A stretch of 64,000 nt of DNA, from positions 728 through 64,727 of the forward strand of contig CAYQQR010000011.1 of the NCBI GenBank assembly GCA_964420035.1, read 5' to 3'. The stretch is from an uncultured Bacteroidaceae bacterium (GTDB taxonomy: Bacteria > Bacteroidota > Bacteroidia > Bacteroidales > SM23-62). Every line of letters starts with the position of its first letter. Positions within the stretch are counted from its first letter, which is position 1. The position numbers and the translations under genes are program-made. Shown here piece by piece: positions 36,632 through 46,298 of this stretch. The notes beneath the pieces are model-generated. The model did not search any database. It was given only the letters and a program-made list of their open reading frames with translations, and was not told the DNA's origin.

Positions 36632-38170
36632 CTATTCCTTCCTGCCGTATACAACCAGTTCATTAAGATGGAAGCCCGGTTCACGGACCGGTTCGATGAC
36701 CTCGATTCTAAGCCTGTGCTCTTTATCTTCCAGTGTATAGTTCCAGAACAGGGGATCCCGCCGGGTGGTATTGGATACGGGAAATACCCCGGTATGTACC
36801 AACTCATCATCAATATAGAAACGTGCCCCGTTTACTTTCTCGCTATGCCTGTGCCAAAAATGGGTTCTTCCCGTCAGTACACAACCGGCACCGGTAAATT
36901 CGATCTCCCACGAGCTTTTGTCCTTGCTGTATTGTTCATAAATATGGATACGCTTCCTGGGAACCAGGCCGTTAAAATTCTGTTCAAATCTTACCTTCAC
37001 AGGTTCCTGCGGAATAATGACCACCTCGTCTTTCGTCAGGCTGCCCCCGTTTCGGGCAATGACTTCCCTGGCATGCTTCAGACCCAGTGCATAGGCGTCC
37101 TCCAGGGATATATCCGTATAAGCAAAATCAATGGTGTCTATATCAGCCAGGCCCTGCTTCCATTCATCCGGAATATTGCTATAGCCCATGATGGTTCCCA
37201 GTATACCGCCTACGGTTGCAGGATTACAATCGGAATCCTGGCCGCAACGGGTACTGATCTCCATAGAACGGCCGAAATCTCCATCTCCATACAACAAGCC
37301 AATGGCTACATAGGCTGCATTGATCTTGGCATCAATATCGAAAGCCCGGAATACACCGTCGGGGCATCCGATGTCCCCGCTCCACTTCTTTTGCAGCTCA
37401 AACCAATTCTGTTTCCAGTCTTCAGGATACTGATCATGCCATTTCAGTACATCACTTATGCATTGGCAGAACTCTGTTCCCTCAGGAATGGTCCGCAGGG
37501 CCTCATGTACAATAACCCCGGGATCATCATTAAGAAATGCAAGCGAATACATGGTGGCTACAAAGACGCCCCCGTACCAACCGTCACCGGAATTCATAAT
37601 GTGACCGATATTGTCGGCTATTTCATTTGCTGTATTCACCATCCCGGGCGACATCAGTCCGGCAAAATCGGCTTCGATCTGAAAATCGATATCATCGGCA
37701 TGGGGGTTGTTCAGCCAATGACCGGAAGCAGGGGGCATAATATCGTTAAGAATATTATACCGGGCTGCCTGGTTGGCATGCCAAAGGGGATAGCCGGCAT
37801 GGGCAAAAGCCCTTGCAAAACAATCCACCGGGGCATCCAATCCGTATTTCTCAAATACATCCACGAAGGTCAGATCCATATAGACATCGTCATACAAACC
37901 AGGAGCTTTTTCAAACCATTCTTTCAGCATTCCCTCGTCCCAGTGTATGTCCTGGTAATCCTGGATAAAAGTTCCGTTAAACTTAAATTCCGTGGGACCG
38001 CCGTAGGTAACGCCAATGACCTGTCCGGCCCAGCCTCCTTGTATTTTATCGGCTAGTTTTTCTGCTGATATGCTTACCGGTTCGGTGTAGTTCACTATTG
38101 GATCCTCTTCTTTGGGTTGGCAGGCCTGAACCAGCAGTATTATGAGCGTTAAGGGGAGGAATCTTTTCAT
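36632..38170 (-). CDS. exported ADP-ribosylglycohydrolase (ARH/DraG)-fold protein with extra C-terminal beta-rich domain
   Basis: 512 aa. Signal/lipobox LIILLVQAC. IQGGWAGQVIGVTYGGPTEF...GDGWYGG...CGQDSDCNPATVGGILG are ARH-family motifs. Confidence 0.8.
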   Translation of the reverse strand: MKRFLPLTLIILLVQACQPKEEDPIVNYTEPVSISAEKLADKIQGGWAGQVIGVTYGGPTEFKFNGTFIQDYQDIHWDEGMLKEWFEKAPGLYDDVYMDLTFVDVFEKYGLDAPVDCFARAFAHAGYPLWHANQAARYNILNDIMPPASGHWLNNPHADDIDFQIEADFAGLMSPGMVNTANEIADNIGHIMNSGDGWYGGVFVATMYSLAFLNDDPGVIVHEALRTIPEGTEFCQCISDVLKWHDQYPEDWKQNWFELQKKWSGDIGCPDGVFRAFDIDAKINAAYVAIGLLYGDGDFGRSMEISTRCGQDSDCNPATVGGILGTIMGYSNIPDEWKQGLADIDTIDFAYTDISLEDAYALGLKHAREVIARNGGSLTKDEVVIIPQEPVKVRFEQNFNGLVPRKRIHIYEQYSKDKSSWEIEFTGAGCVLTGRTHFWHRHSEKVNGARFYIDDELVHTGVFPVSNTTRRDPLFWNYTLEDKEHRLRIEVIEPVREPGFHLNELVVYGRKE

Positions 38171-38205
38171 GTGGGATTGTTTTTAATGTTATAATGATTG
38201 GTATT

Positions 38206-38222
38206 GTTCCGGGTTCCGGGTT
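38206..38222. repeat. short tandem repeat GTTCCGG x2 (+GTT)
   Basis: Read directly, between the GH116-like stop and the ARH start. Confidence 0.85.
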
Positions 38223-38235
38223 TTTGTATAATCAG

Positions 38236-40968
38236 CTATTGATATTTCATTGACAGTTGCTCACCTTCATTCAGGATTATCTTATCAGAAAGAATGATCC
38301 AACTTATTTTATCCCGGGTGTGCACTGCAATGCTTTTCCCCGATACATCAAGGTATTCTGCATTGTACCGCGCACCGAGGCCGAATTGTTCAAGTTCCAA
38401 TATACCATGTTTTACGGACAGTACGATTTCGTTTTGTTCGATTTGAATTGTACCCCAAGCATTTCCTGCAGACCAAAAAGAGCTAAAATCTTTTTGATGG
38501 ATCGCCGGGTCAAAGGCCATGGCATTAAGATACCCGTCGTAGTACACTCCTGACAAAGCGAGCAGCAGGGCCCAGCTGGACATGGCCCGTGCATAATAGC
38601 GGCCCGATTCGATCTCGGCAAAGGGATTCCTGTTAACCCCCCTGTAGCGTTCCCGAACCGCTCTTACGAGCTCCAGACCCTCGTCCACCATCCCGGCCCA
38701 TATAAGGGATGCGGCCACCTGGTATTCGATCCCGGTCCATACTTCCCCTGTATATACAAAAGGAAACAGGGGCTTCCTGCCCGGGGGCCAGGTACATACC
38801 TGCAATCCGGCTTCAGCGTTCAGGGCATAGACCCGTTGCACATTTTCCACTTCTCTGAAATCGGGCCTGTAATTGTACCTGTAAATGGAATGCAATGCTT
38901 TTTTCGTCTTTTCCTGGTCCACCAGGTAACCCATACCGTTCACATAGGCCAGGAACTGCCCCAGTAACTGGTCGGAAAGGCAACCTTCCCCGTACTGATA
39001 ACGGGGCAGACCGGGATTGGAGGGGGAAACCAGCCGTTCCGGGATCTCCAGTCCTTCATTCACCCGGATCTTCTGTATGAAATATTCCCCGTTCCATAAT
39101 TCTTCTTCATAGTATTTTTTTCCTTTCTGATATAAAGCGCGATATTCATCGGCCTTTCCTTTCTCATTCATTACAGAGGCCATTTCACTGCAGGACTTCA
39201 GTGCTCCCAGGTAAAGGGAACCGGTCATCATGTTGGGCCCGAAGAAATTGATATCATAGGTATTATGCTGATCTCCGCTAAGGACCCCTTTTTTTTCAGG
39301 GTCCCAGGGAAATTTTGCATGATTCATCCAATCATAGGGTGGGTCTGTGCCGGTACCTTTCCAGGCAAATTCAAGTGCTAGCTTCACCCGGGGCCACAGT
39401 TTGCGCAACCAGGCCGTATCGCCGGACCGTTTCCATTCCCTGTACACCCGCATGATACTGCCCATCTGCCCGTCAGCGGCAACATTGGTGAACCACCAGT
39501 CATCATCGGTCATTACGGTCCTGAAGCATTGATAACCGTTCTCATGGGTATCATGGAGAAAAGTCCTTTCCCGGACATTCCTTTCCAGGGAAGGAAAAAG
39601 AAATGCCATGGTCTGGGCATAATTCCACACATGGGTGCAGTTGCCCGGGCAGCATCCAAAATCATTACCCAAACCTTCATATCCGTGCACGGTTCCCTGT
39701 CCATCCCGCAACAGGAGATTGGATTTCAGGGGAACGATGTTGGCTCCCAATGCATCCAGCACATAGTCGGGAAACGAGCTGCCATACAGGGCCTCCCTGA
39801 AGTGCTCTGATTTTTCTGAAAGTTCCTTCCTGTTCCCGAGAATATATCGGGTAACATCCATTGCAGACCGGTAATCGCGTGCGTAATAGTTTTCAAGGAT
39901 CTTTTTATCGGGTTGGGGATTCCCGAAATGAAGATTCTCCTCCGGCTCCCTGAGGGGAATATACCAGCTGATGATGAATGGAACAGTCCATTTTTCACCG
40001 GGTTCGAGGCGCTTGTGCAAACACAGGGCAGACACACTGTGTTGCCTGTTGGGATTGACATGGGGACCGGTTTGAGGGACCAGCCTGCCGTCTTCAGTAA
40101 AATCGGACCACAAGCGGTGGGCATCGTCCCACCATCCCTGATGCGGAAAAAAGGTTACCGCATCCAATCCCTCCTTCAGGGTTGTTACCGACATCTCCCC
40201 ATACCCGGGCCGGGCAGGATCATCGATGGCTGAACGAAACACCAGGGAGGGGAAGGTATCGGAATCTGCATAATAGGTCAGGGCTCCCCGGTTGGTTGGC
40301 CGGCTGCCCGGTACGGGCCTCATGAACGGATTGCTCAGGCTGAACAGGATACTGACATCCAGGCCGCGTTCCAGGGTATTGGTCACTGTCCAATGCAGGA
40401 TACAGGCAGGCAGGCTGCTGTTTTTGACATCCAAAGGGATCAGGGGATTGAAAGCCTCCAGTTCGAAAACAGCAGGTACTTTTTCGTCCTGGAGCAGAAG
40501 CCTGGCAAAAGGAACTTCAGCCTGAAAACTGCCCTGCTTAAAGCGCGGAACACCGGCAAGCTGGTTTCTGGGAACGCCGAAGGGATTGGGAAAATCATTT
40601 TCGTGCTCCGCCTCGATAATACGCGTAATGGGTTCAAATTCAACTTCTACTGCTGTGTTGAGCTCCGGGGCGGGTTTCATCCAGGCTGCAAAAAAGGTCA
40701 TGTAGGGCGGAACTTCATCCAGATCGGCTCTCCCAAAGAACTCTATCTCCCTGATGTTACCCCTTCCGCCAAGCAGGATGTCCCCGGTCCCGATTCCCCC
40801 CACGGGGAACAATATGTTCCTCAGACTGTCTCCCCTGAACACCGGTTGTTTACCGGATGCAGTGTATTTATGCAGGTCCCTTGGCTTCAGGTCGCGATCT
40901 TCCTTTACCACTCCCCTGCATCCCCAGATGCTCATTAACAGGCCAAGTAAAATGTATTTGTATTTCAT
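38236..40968 (-). CDS. GH116-like glycoside hydrolase (GBA2/beta-glucosidase-type, N-terminal beta-sandwich + (alpha/alpha)6 domain)
   Basis: 910 aa with lipobox MSIWGC. FPVGGIGTGDILLGGRGNIREIEFF resembles the GH116 N-domain. YEGLGNDFGCCPGNCTHVWNYAQTMAFLFPSLE resembles the catalytic-domain motif. Confidence 0.75.
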   Translation of the reverse strand: MKYKYILLGLLMSIWGCRGVVKEDRDLKPRDLHKYTASGKQPVFRGDSLRNILFPVGGIGTGDILLGGRGNIREIEFFGRADLDEVPPYMTFFAAWMKPAPELNTAVEVEFEPITRIIEAEHENDFPNPFGVPRNQLAGVPRFKQGSFQAEVPFARLLLQDEKVPAVFELEAFNPLIPLDVKNSSLPACILHWTVTNTLERGLDVSILFSLSNPFMRPVPGSRPTNRGALTYYADSDTFPSLVFRSAIDDPARPGYGEMSVTTLKEGLDAVTFFPHQGWWDDAHRLWSDFTEDGRLVPQTGPHVNPNRQHSVSALCLHKRLEPGEKWTVPFIISWYIPLREPEENLHFGNPQPDKKILENYYARDYRSAMDVTRYILGNRKELSEKSEHFREALYGSSFPDYVLDALGANIVPLKSNLLLRDGQGTVHGYEGLGNDFGCCPGNCTHVWNYAQTMAFLFPSLERNVRERTFLHDTHENGYQCFRTVMTDDDWWFTNVAADGQMGSIMRVYREWKRSGDTAWLRKLWPRVKLALEFAWKGTGTDPPYDWMNHAKFPWDPEKKGVLSGDQHNTYDINFFGPNMMTGSLYLGALKSCSEMASVMNEKGKADEYRALYQKGKKYYEEELWNGEYFIQKIRVNEGLEIPERLVSPSNPGLPRYQYGEGCLSDQLLGQFLAYVNGMGYLVDQEKTKKALHSIYRYNYRPDFREVENVQRVYALNAEAGLQVCTWPPGRKPLFPFVYTGEVWTGIEYQVAASLIWAGMVDEGLELVRAVRERYRGVNRNPFAEIESGRYYARAMSSWALLLALSGVYYDGYLNAMAFDPAIHQKDFSSFWSAGNAWGTIQIEQNEIVLSVKHGILELEQFGLGARYNAEYLDVSGKSIAVHTRDKISWIILSDKIILNEGEQLSMKYQ

Positions 40969-41013
40969 GGATCGTTAATTGCCATATAAAAACCGGTAAG
41001 TTCCCTGTTATCA

Positions 41014-44000
41014 TCATTCATCCCGGATTAGCTGCAGAAATCTTACCGGACCTTTCAGACCGGCATCCAGGTCCTTGATCACGGGTTCGCCTGTAAATCC
41101 CCAAAAACTCATCAAACCTTGATCACGGAAAAGAGTCATCTCGTTTTGCACCATGTTCCCGACCCGCACCTTGAGGTTGTTTTCTCCGGCATTCAGATGC
41201 TCCGTAACCTCAAAACGGAAGGGAGGCCATAACCTTGAACCCACTTCTTTTCCATTGAGCCATACCTGGACCAGGTAGGATACTTCACCCAGGTCGAGCA
41301 AGATCCGTTCAGGAATGCTGTCTATCTCAAAAACAGTGGTATAATCCACATAACCCGAATATTGATGCAAATCCCATTGCAACCATGATTTAAGAGGAGC
41401 ATAACGCACCCCGTTACAATGAATCCTGACGGCCTCATCAAGTTTTTGGGGATGGGCTTTCAGGTCCATCCCGAGCAATGTAATTTCGCTGTTCTCCGGC
41501 ACCCTGAGTTCCTCGTTTTCAAACTTCACTTCCCGTCCATCCACCCATGCCTTTATGCTGTCGGATATCCCGGGCAACTCGATAGATGTTGCTCCGGGTG
41601 GAAGATGTAACATTATCCACATTTTTTCATCCAGCAGGATCCCGTAATCCGGAAGTTCGGTAACATGCTTCCGGGCATTGGCGATTAGAGGATCAGGAAT
41701 TTCCGGAGATTGCCAGCCGGCAGGATTGAAACGAGAAGAAAACCAATCCTCCCGGTATGTTTCCCTTTCCAGCCATCCGGGATTGGTCCTGATCGTTTTT
41801 CTTGTGGAATCAGCCGTCATCAGGTTACCCTGCAGCATAAAACCGCCAGGGCCCCCTTCATTTCGAACATGGACGGCAATAACATTCTTCCCGGAATCAA
41901 GATGGGCCTGCAGGTCATACACATCAATCCGGTCGTAATTACCTGCATTCGGACCCGGGGCTATGCTGTCCCCGTTGACGTACAAATGATGTGAATCATC
42001 AGCTGCAATGCTTATCCTGCATGCCAGAGGACTGTCTTTCAGATCGAAGCTGTACCGGTAAAAACGCTCCGAACCGGGATCTTCTATATAGAAAAAGTCT
42101 GCAAACCATTCATTTTTCATGTGGATATTTCCCAGTAAGTTCTGGTAGCGCCAGTTAAGCTCCTCACCCTGCCCGTGGAAAACTATACTGTCAACAGGCC
42201 GGTCGGAGATATAGGTCCGCACCGTTGACAGTTTGACGGGCTCATCTGTGGGAATGATCATGGACCACAGGGAGTCCCGGTTCACGTCCACCGGTCTGAA
42301 TAATTCTCCGGGCTTGCCGACCACCGGATTCCTTGCCGGATTGAAAACCAGCCAGAAGGCCTGGTATGGTTCCATATCCAATCTGAGATGAATATCCTTC
42401 CCTTTTCTCTCATAAGCAATGCATTGAATCGTCCCCGTTTCACAGTCCCATAATTCAGCACATCCCACCCCTTCACGAAGTTTCAGTTCTATGCTGAAAG
42501 GCTCCGGCTCATTACTGGCCACCCAGTAAAAATGAGTGCTGTTCAGCTTTCTGTGGGATATCCTGACATCATGTTTCAGACCGGTAAAATTCACCTGGGG
42601 CCTGAACAAACGGTGTATTACCATGGGCAGTGCTTTCTGCCAGTTTTTGTCCCCGGAAAGATCGATAAAGCCGGGGGTTTGATTTATCTGACTCATGTAA
42701 CGGGCCAGAACGGGATCTCCATCACCCAACTCGACTGAGGCTACCGGCAATTGCCCCAATGCGATCACATAACCGCCTGACCGGGTATATTCAAGGACCT
42801 TCCTGGCGTTATCTCTTGAGATCATATACATGGGAGGCAATACCAGCACAGGGAATTGACGACCCTGAATTTCCATGGCCATCCTGTTGGGATCGTAGTT
42901 CCATTCTTTATGACCTGCCATTGCCAGGTAATGCTTGTCTGCAATCAGATAGTCTATATTGGCTTCTGTCATGACTTTCATGGCATCGGAATACACCGTG
43001 TTGATATGAAGCGCCTCGGGTGACCATTCGCCGGTTTCCCTGTCAGGATCGAAATAACCTTCGGCAAGAGCCCAAATGCTTTCCAGCGGACAATACAACA
43101 AAACATCTGCAACCAGTTCGCCTTGCCGGCTGATATAAGCTGCCCGGCGCGCGTAATCGGTCCACAGGTACAGGTAGTTCCAATAAGGATTTTCGGTGTA
43201 CCAGTCGGCAGGAAACGGAATACTCCAAAGCGCCCTGTTTGTATTGATGCCATGAGGGACGAAATGGTTTACACCCCAGGCAACCAGGGCATCGACCGTT
43301 CTCTTCATGTCCAAAGGGGTCTGACCCCACCCGGTGACCCCCATGATCTCCGACATAAAGGGCTTGTTTTCAAATTCGCAAACCGACTGGGTTTCCTTAA
43401 AATCATGCACCTTCTGCCCCCTCATCCCGATGGCATCGTTACCGGGCAAAGTGACCCGGCGCTGGCATAACATCAGGTCCCCTACATAAGCGGCCACCCG
43501 CATCAGGGATTCTTCCCAAAGGTTGGTGATGTAATACATACCCCGCTCCCCGAGCCAATCCGACAGTTTGCCGATAAAGTTTTCACTGTAGATATCCGAA
43601 ACTACATGAAACCAATCATAGCGTATTTTAGCATACAAACCTTCATTGTCTTTCTCTGTCAGTAAGGGAAGCATGGGGAGCAACTCCTTTTCCTTCATTT
43701 CCCTGAAGCGTACCGGCAGATATTCCGACCAGGCCAGCTTATACCCGAAGTCCCCTTCATTATCCACAAATACACCCGGGATGGAATTACCCATTCGCTC
43801 AGGAAAGTGCTCCATATAGGGATAATGGGCCATAGGAATAAACAGATTCATCAGGTCAGGATCCAGGTAATTCACTTCACCCTCAAAGGGCTGGCTGTGG
43901 GTATATTCTGTGTAGGAATAAACCATCCAGTTCCCGGCTGGAACATACCATTTAAAGGCCTCACCTTCCCCTATTACCTGCAGGGAAGTAGTTTGAAGTA

Positions 44001-44559
44001 TATCCCCTTCCAATATCCTCCCGGCAACCGTAAATTTTGAAGGGGGTAATTCTATTTGTCTCGGTCCGGTGAACACCTGTTTTTTCCATTTCAGGGACTT
44101 ACCTTTCAACGATGGATAATTCTCCAGGATCCTGCCTGCAGCCTGCCCGCTCGGCCACATATACTCGTCACAATAGCCCAGGTACATCTCCTGACTTTCT
44201 GCCTTTTCCAGGGCGGCCCTGAATGCATCGAACCATTGTTCCGAGAGCCACTGTTCTTTGGGCAACTCAATATTCCTGCCCCACTTGGCCCCGGTGCGTG
44301 CATGGACGTAGCCGGGATTCAGTCTTTGCCTTGTCATCTCCTCGGCCATTTTCCTTACCTGGGACCTGTCCAGCGGGGAATCCCAGAACCAGAACGTATG
44401 GGGTGCATACCACGAGGGCGGATCCTTGAAGTTCGCGGCCATCTCTTCATGATCAACAGCCTTCTTTCTCCATTCGCTGGTGTATTCCGGTGGTTGGCTG
44501 CAACCCTGTACAAGGATAATAGACAGTAACATTAAACTACCACGTATAAACCTGTTCAT
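41014..44559 (-). CDS. large lipoprotein glycoside hydrolase, GH106-like N-terminal catalytic region plus galactose-binding-like C-terminal domains (family uncertain)
   Basis: 1181 aa with lipobox LVQGC. FKDPPSWYAPHTFWFWDSPLDRSQVRKMAEEM matches the FxxPPxxxRPxxFWxWN...(GxGG) start typical of rhamnosidase-type GH106-like proteins. Confidence 0.55.
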   Translation of the reverse strand: MNRFIRGSLMLLSIILVQGCSQPPEYTSEWRKKAVDHEEMAANFKDPPSWYAPHTFWFWDSPLDRSQVRKMAEEMTRQRLNPGYVHARTGAKWGRNIELPKEQWLSEQWFDAFRAALEKAESQEMYLGYCDEYMWPSGQAAGRILENYPSLKGKSLKWKKQVFTGPRQIELPPSKFTVAGRILEGDILQTTSLQVIGEGEAFKWYVPAGNWMVYSYTEYTHSQPFEGEVNYLDPDLMNLFIPMAHYPYMEHFPERMGNSIPGVFVDNEGDFGYKLAWSEYLPVRFREMKEKELLPMLPLLTEKDNEGLYAKIRYDWFHVVSDIYSENFIGKLSDWLGERGMYYITNLWEESLMRVAAYVGDLMLCQRRVTLPGNDAIGMRGQKVHDFKETQSVCEFENKPFMSEIMGVTGWGQTPLDMKRTVDALVAWGVNHFVPHGINTNRALWSIPFPADWYTENPYWNYLYLWTDYARRAAYISRQGELVADVLLYCPLESIWALAEGYFDPDRETGEWSPEALHINTVYSDAMKVMTEANIDYLIADKHYLAMAGHKEWNYDPNRMAMEIQGRQFPVLVLPPMYMISRDNARKVLEYTRSGGYVIALGQLPVASVELGDGDPVLARYMSQINQTPGFIDLSGDKNWQKALPMVIHRLFRPQVNFTGLKHDVRISHRKLNSTHFYWVASNEPEPFSIELKLREGVGCAELWDCETGTIQCIAYERKGKDIHLRLDMEPYQAFWLVFNPARNPVVGKPGELFRPVDVNRDSLWSMIIPTDEPVKLSTVRTYISDRPVDSIVFHGQGEELNWRYQNLLGNIHMKNEWFADFFYIEDPGSERFYRYSFDLKDSPLACRISIAADDSHHLYVNGDSIAPGPNAGNYDRIDVYDLQAHLDSGKNVIAVHVRNEGGPGGFMLQGNLMTADSTRKTIRTNPGWLERETYREDWFSSRFNPAGWQSPEIPDPLIANARKHVTELPDYGILLDEKMWIMLHLPPGATSIELPGISDSIKAWVDGREVKFENEELRVPENSEITLLGMDLKAHPQKLDEAVRIHCNGVRYAPLKSWLQWDLHQYSGYVDYTTVFEIDSIPERILLDLGEVSYLVQVWLNGKEVGSRLWPPFRFEVTEHLNAGENNLKVRVGNMVQNEMTLFRDQGLMSFWGFTGEPVIKDLDAGLKGPVRFLQLIRDE

Positions 44560-44625
44560 AATTCAACGAATTGTTGCTGGTTTCTTGCTTTCAGCTGCCA
44601 ACGACCAGCCGCCAGCAGCCAGTGA

Positions 44626-46296
44626 CTAGTAACAACCTTTACGGTACCAGTAAAACCGGTTCATATCCACTTCCCTGGCCTTTTCAGTGAGTTCCCGGTA
44701 TTTCTCTGAAAAATAGAAGGGATCGACATCTTTCAATGAAAACGGATGTTCAAAATCATCCTGGTATTCATTAAGTCTGGAGCGCATCATTTCCAGTACT
44801 TCCCTGTATTCTTCCTCATATGCAAGATTACTTTGTTCTTCGGGATCCCCGGCAATATTGAAAAGCTGATCCGGATCAAAATAATGGGGATAGCGTTCAA
44901 AAGAAGGCTCCACCGATAGCATACCCCGGTTAGCGTAAGCCCGGGTAACTTTTTCTTCCTTCATATTCCGGATCATTTCGGCCGGATAACGTAAAGCAAT
45001 GTATTTCCAGTCTTTATAAAGAATACCCCGGGTATAACCAAACTCGAAATAGAGATCATCATGAATTGCTGCTGTATCAGCAGGATCCAAAAGAATCCGT
45101 GCTGCACTCCGGCCGTCCATATTGGCTTCTCCGGGAAGGTTTCCTCCGGCCAATTCCAGGAAAGTTGGCAACAGGTCGGGGATCATAAACCGAACCCCGG
45201 TTTCTGAACCGGCCGGGATATTACCAGGAAACTGCATTACGAAAGGAATATGGACCCCGCCCTGGTAGCAGGTTGCTTTACCGTCGAATCGATTATGATC
45301 GGTAGTAAACACCACTGCGGTCCGGTCCGTCGCCTGTATATTATCCAGTTCCTCAAGTACGGCCCCAACCAGGTCATCAGTCCACACGGTACCCGCTGTT
45401 TTAAAATCGACCCGATATCCTTTCTCTTCAATCCGGTCGTAGATCGTTGAGCGTTCCGGCATCACGTCTTCCAGGCCTTCAACATATCCGGCCTGGGTAA
45501 GATTGATGGGTGACTCGATCGATTCGGTGTGGCAGGGACCGTGATGGGTGGTGATGTTGACTATAAGGAAGAAGGGCTGATCCCGGTCCTTTGCTTCATC
45601 CAAAAAGTCTAAGGCTCCCTTTGCATACCATTCCAGGTTATGCACGTTCACCGCCTTCACCGGGTGCCAGTCGTTATTGAACGCGGTTATGGAGGAAGCG
45701 TGATCATAGCCTCCTGCTTTGATCATTTCCACCAGGTCCGCCTGGCACTTTTTCAGCTTGGCATCCACCCCGGGATCGGCCGGGTCCGCTTCCGGGTCAA
45801 AATCATAGGGACCATAGTCAAAACCCAGGTGCCACTTCCCAACAAATCCGGTGTAATAGCCTTCCCGCTGCAACAATTCTCCCAGGGTTCTTTCCTGTGC
45901 CGGATCCAGGTTGGTGTTCCAGGCGATGCTGTAGGCTTCATCAAGGGGATTTTCCTGAATAAAAGTACCGGCCCTGCACCGGCCGGCAAATTTGCCGGTA
46001 TGAAGGGAATAACGGCTGGGTGTACAAACCGGTGCCGTACAGTAAAATTGATCTGCTGTGATCCCGCTTTCTGCAATCGCGTCAATATGCGGAGAAAGAT
46101 CCGGCCCCCCTCCGAAACCCCAATAGGAAAAGTCATTGTCATCTGTAAAAAAAAGAATGATATTGGGCTGTTCCGCTTCTCCGTCCGGGGCTTTTCCCTG
46201 TTGGCCCAGTGTGCAGGCTGATAGTAGGATCGCGGAAATCAGGACTGGCCCGGAAATGTTCTGCATGTTTTTAATGGATGGATTGAACAAGATCAA
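44626..46296 (-). CDS. sulfatase (formylglycine-dependent, S1 family)
   Basis: NIILFFTDDNDF and CTPSRYSLHTGK (CxPxR). The alternative start at 46266 (MQNISGPVLISAILLSAC) gives a cleaner lipoprotein signal. Confidence 0.92.
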   Translation of the reverse strand: MILFNPSIKNMQNISGPVLISAILLSACTLGQQGKAPDGEAEQPNIILFFTDDNDFSYWGFGGGPDLSPHIDAIAESGITADQFYCTAPVCTPSRYSLHTGKFAGRCRAGTFIQENPLDEAYSIAWNTNLDPAQERTLGELLQREGYYTGFVGKWHLGFDYGPYDFDPEADPADPGVDAKLKKCQADLVEMIKAGGYDHASSITAFNNDWHPVKAVNVHNLEWYAKGALDFLDEAKDRDQPFFLIVNITTHHGPCHTESIESPINLTQAGYVEGLEDVMPERSTIYDRIEEKGYRVDFKTAGTVWTDDLVGAVLEELDNIQATDRTAVVFTTDHNRFDGKATCYQGGVHIPFVMQFPGNIPAGSETGVRFMIPDLLPTFLELAGGNLPGEANMDGRSAARILLDPADTAAIHDDLYFEFGYTRGILYKDWKYIALRYPAEMIRNMKEEKVTRAYANRGMLSVEPSFERYPHYFDPDQLFNIAGDPEEQSNLAYEEEYREVLEMMRSRLNEYQDDFEHPFSLKDVDPFYFSEKYRELTEKAREVDMNRFYWYRKGCY

Positions 46297-46298
46297 TA

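Noticed and set aside
36668-38056. 462-aa plus-strand ORF
   Set aside because: It lies entirely antisense to the ARH-fold gene (36632..38170, minus), which has clear family motifs. The plus-strand translation has none.
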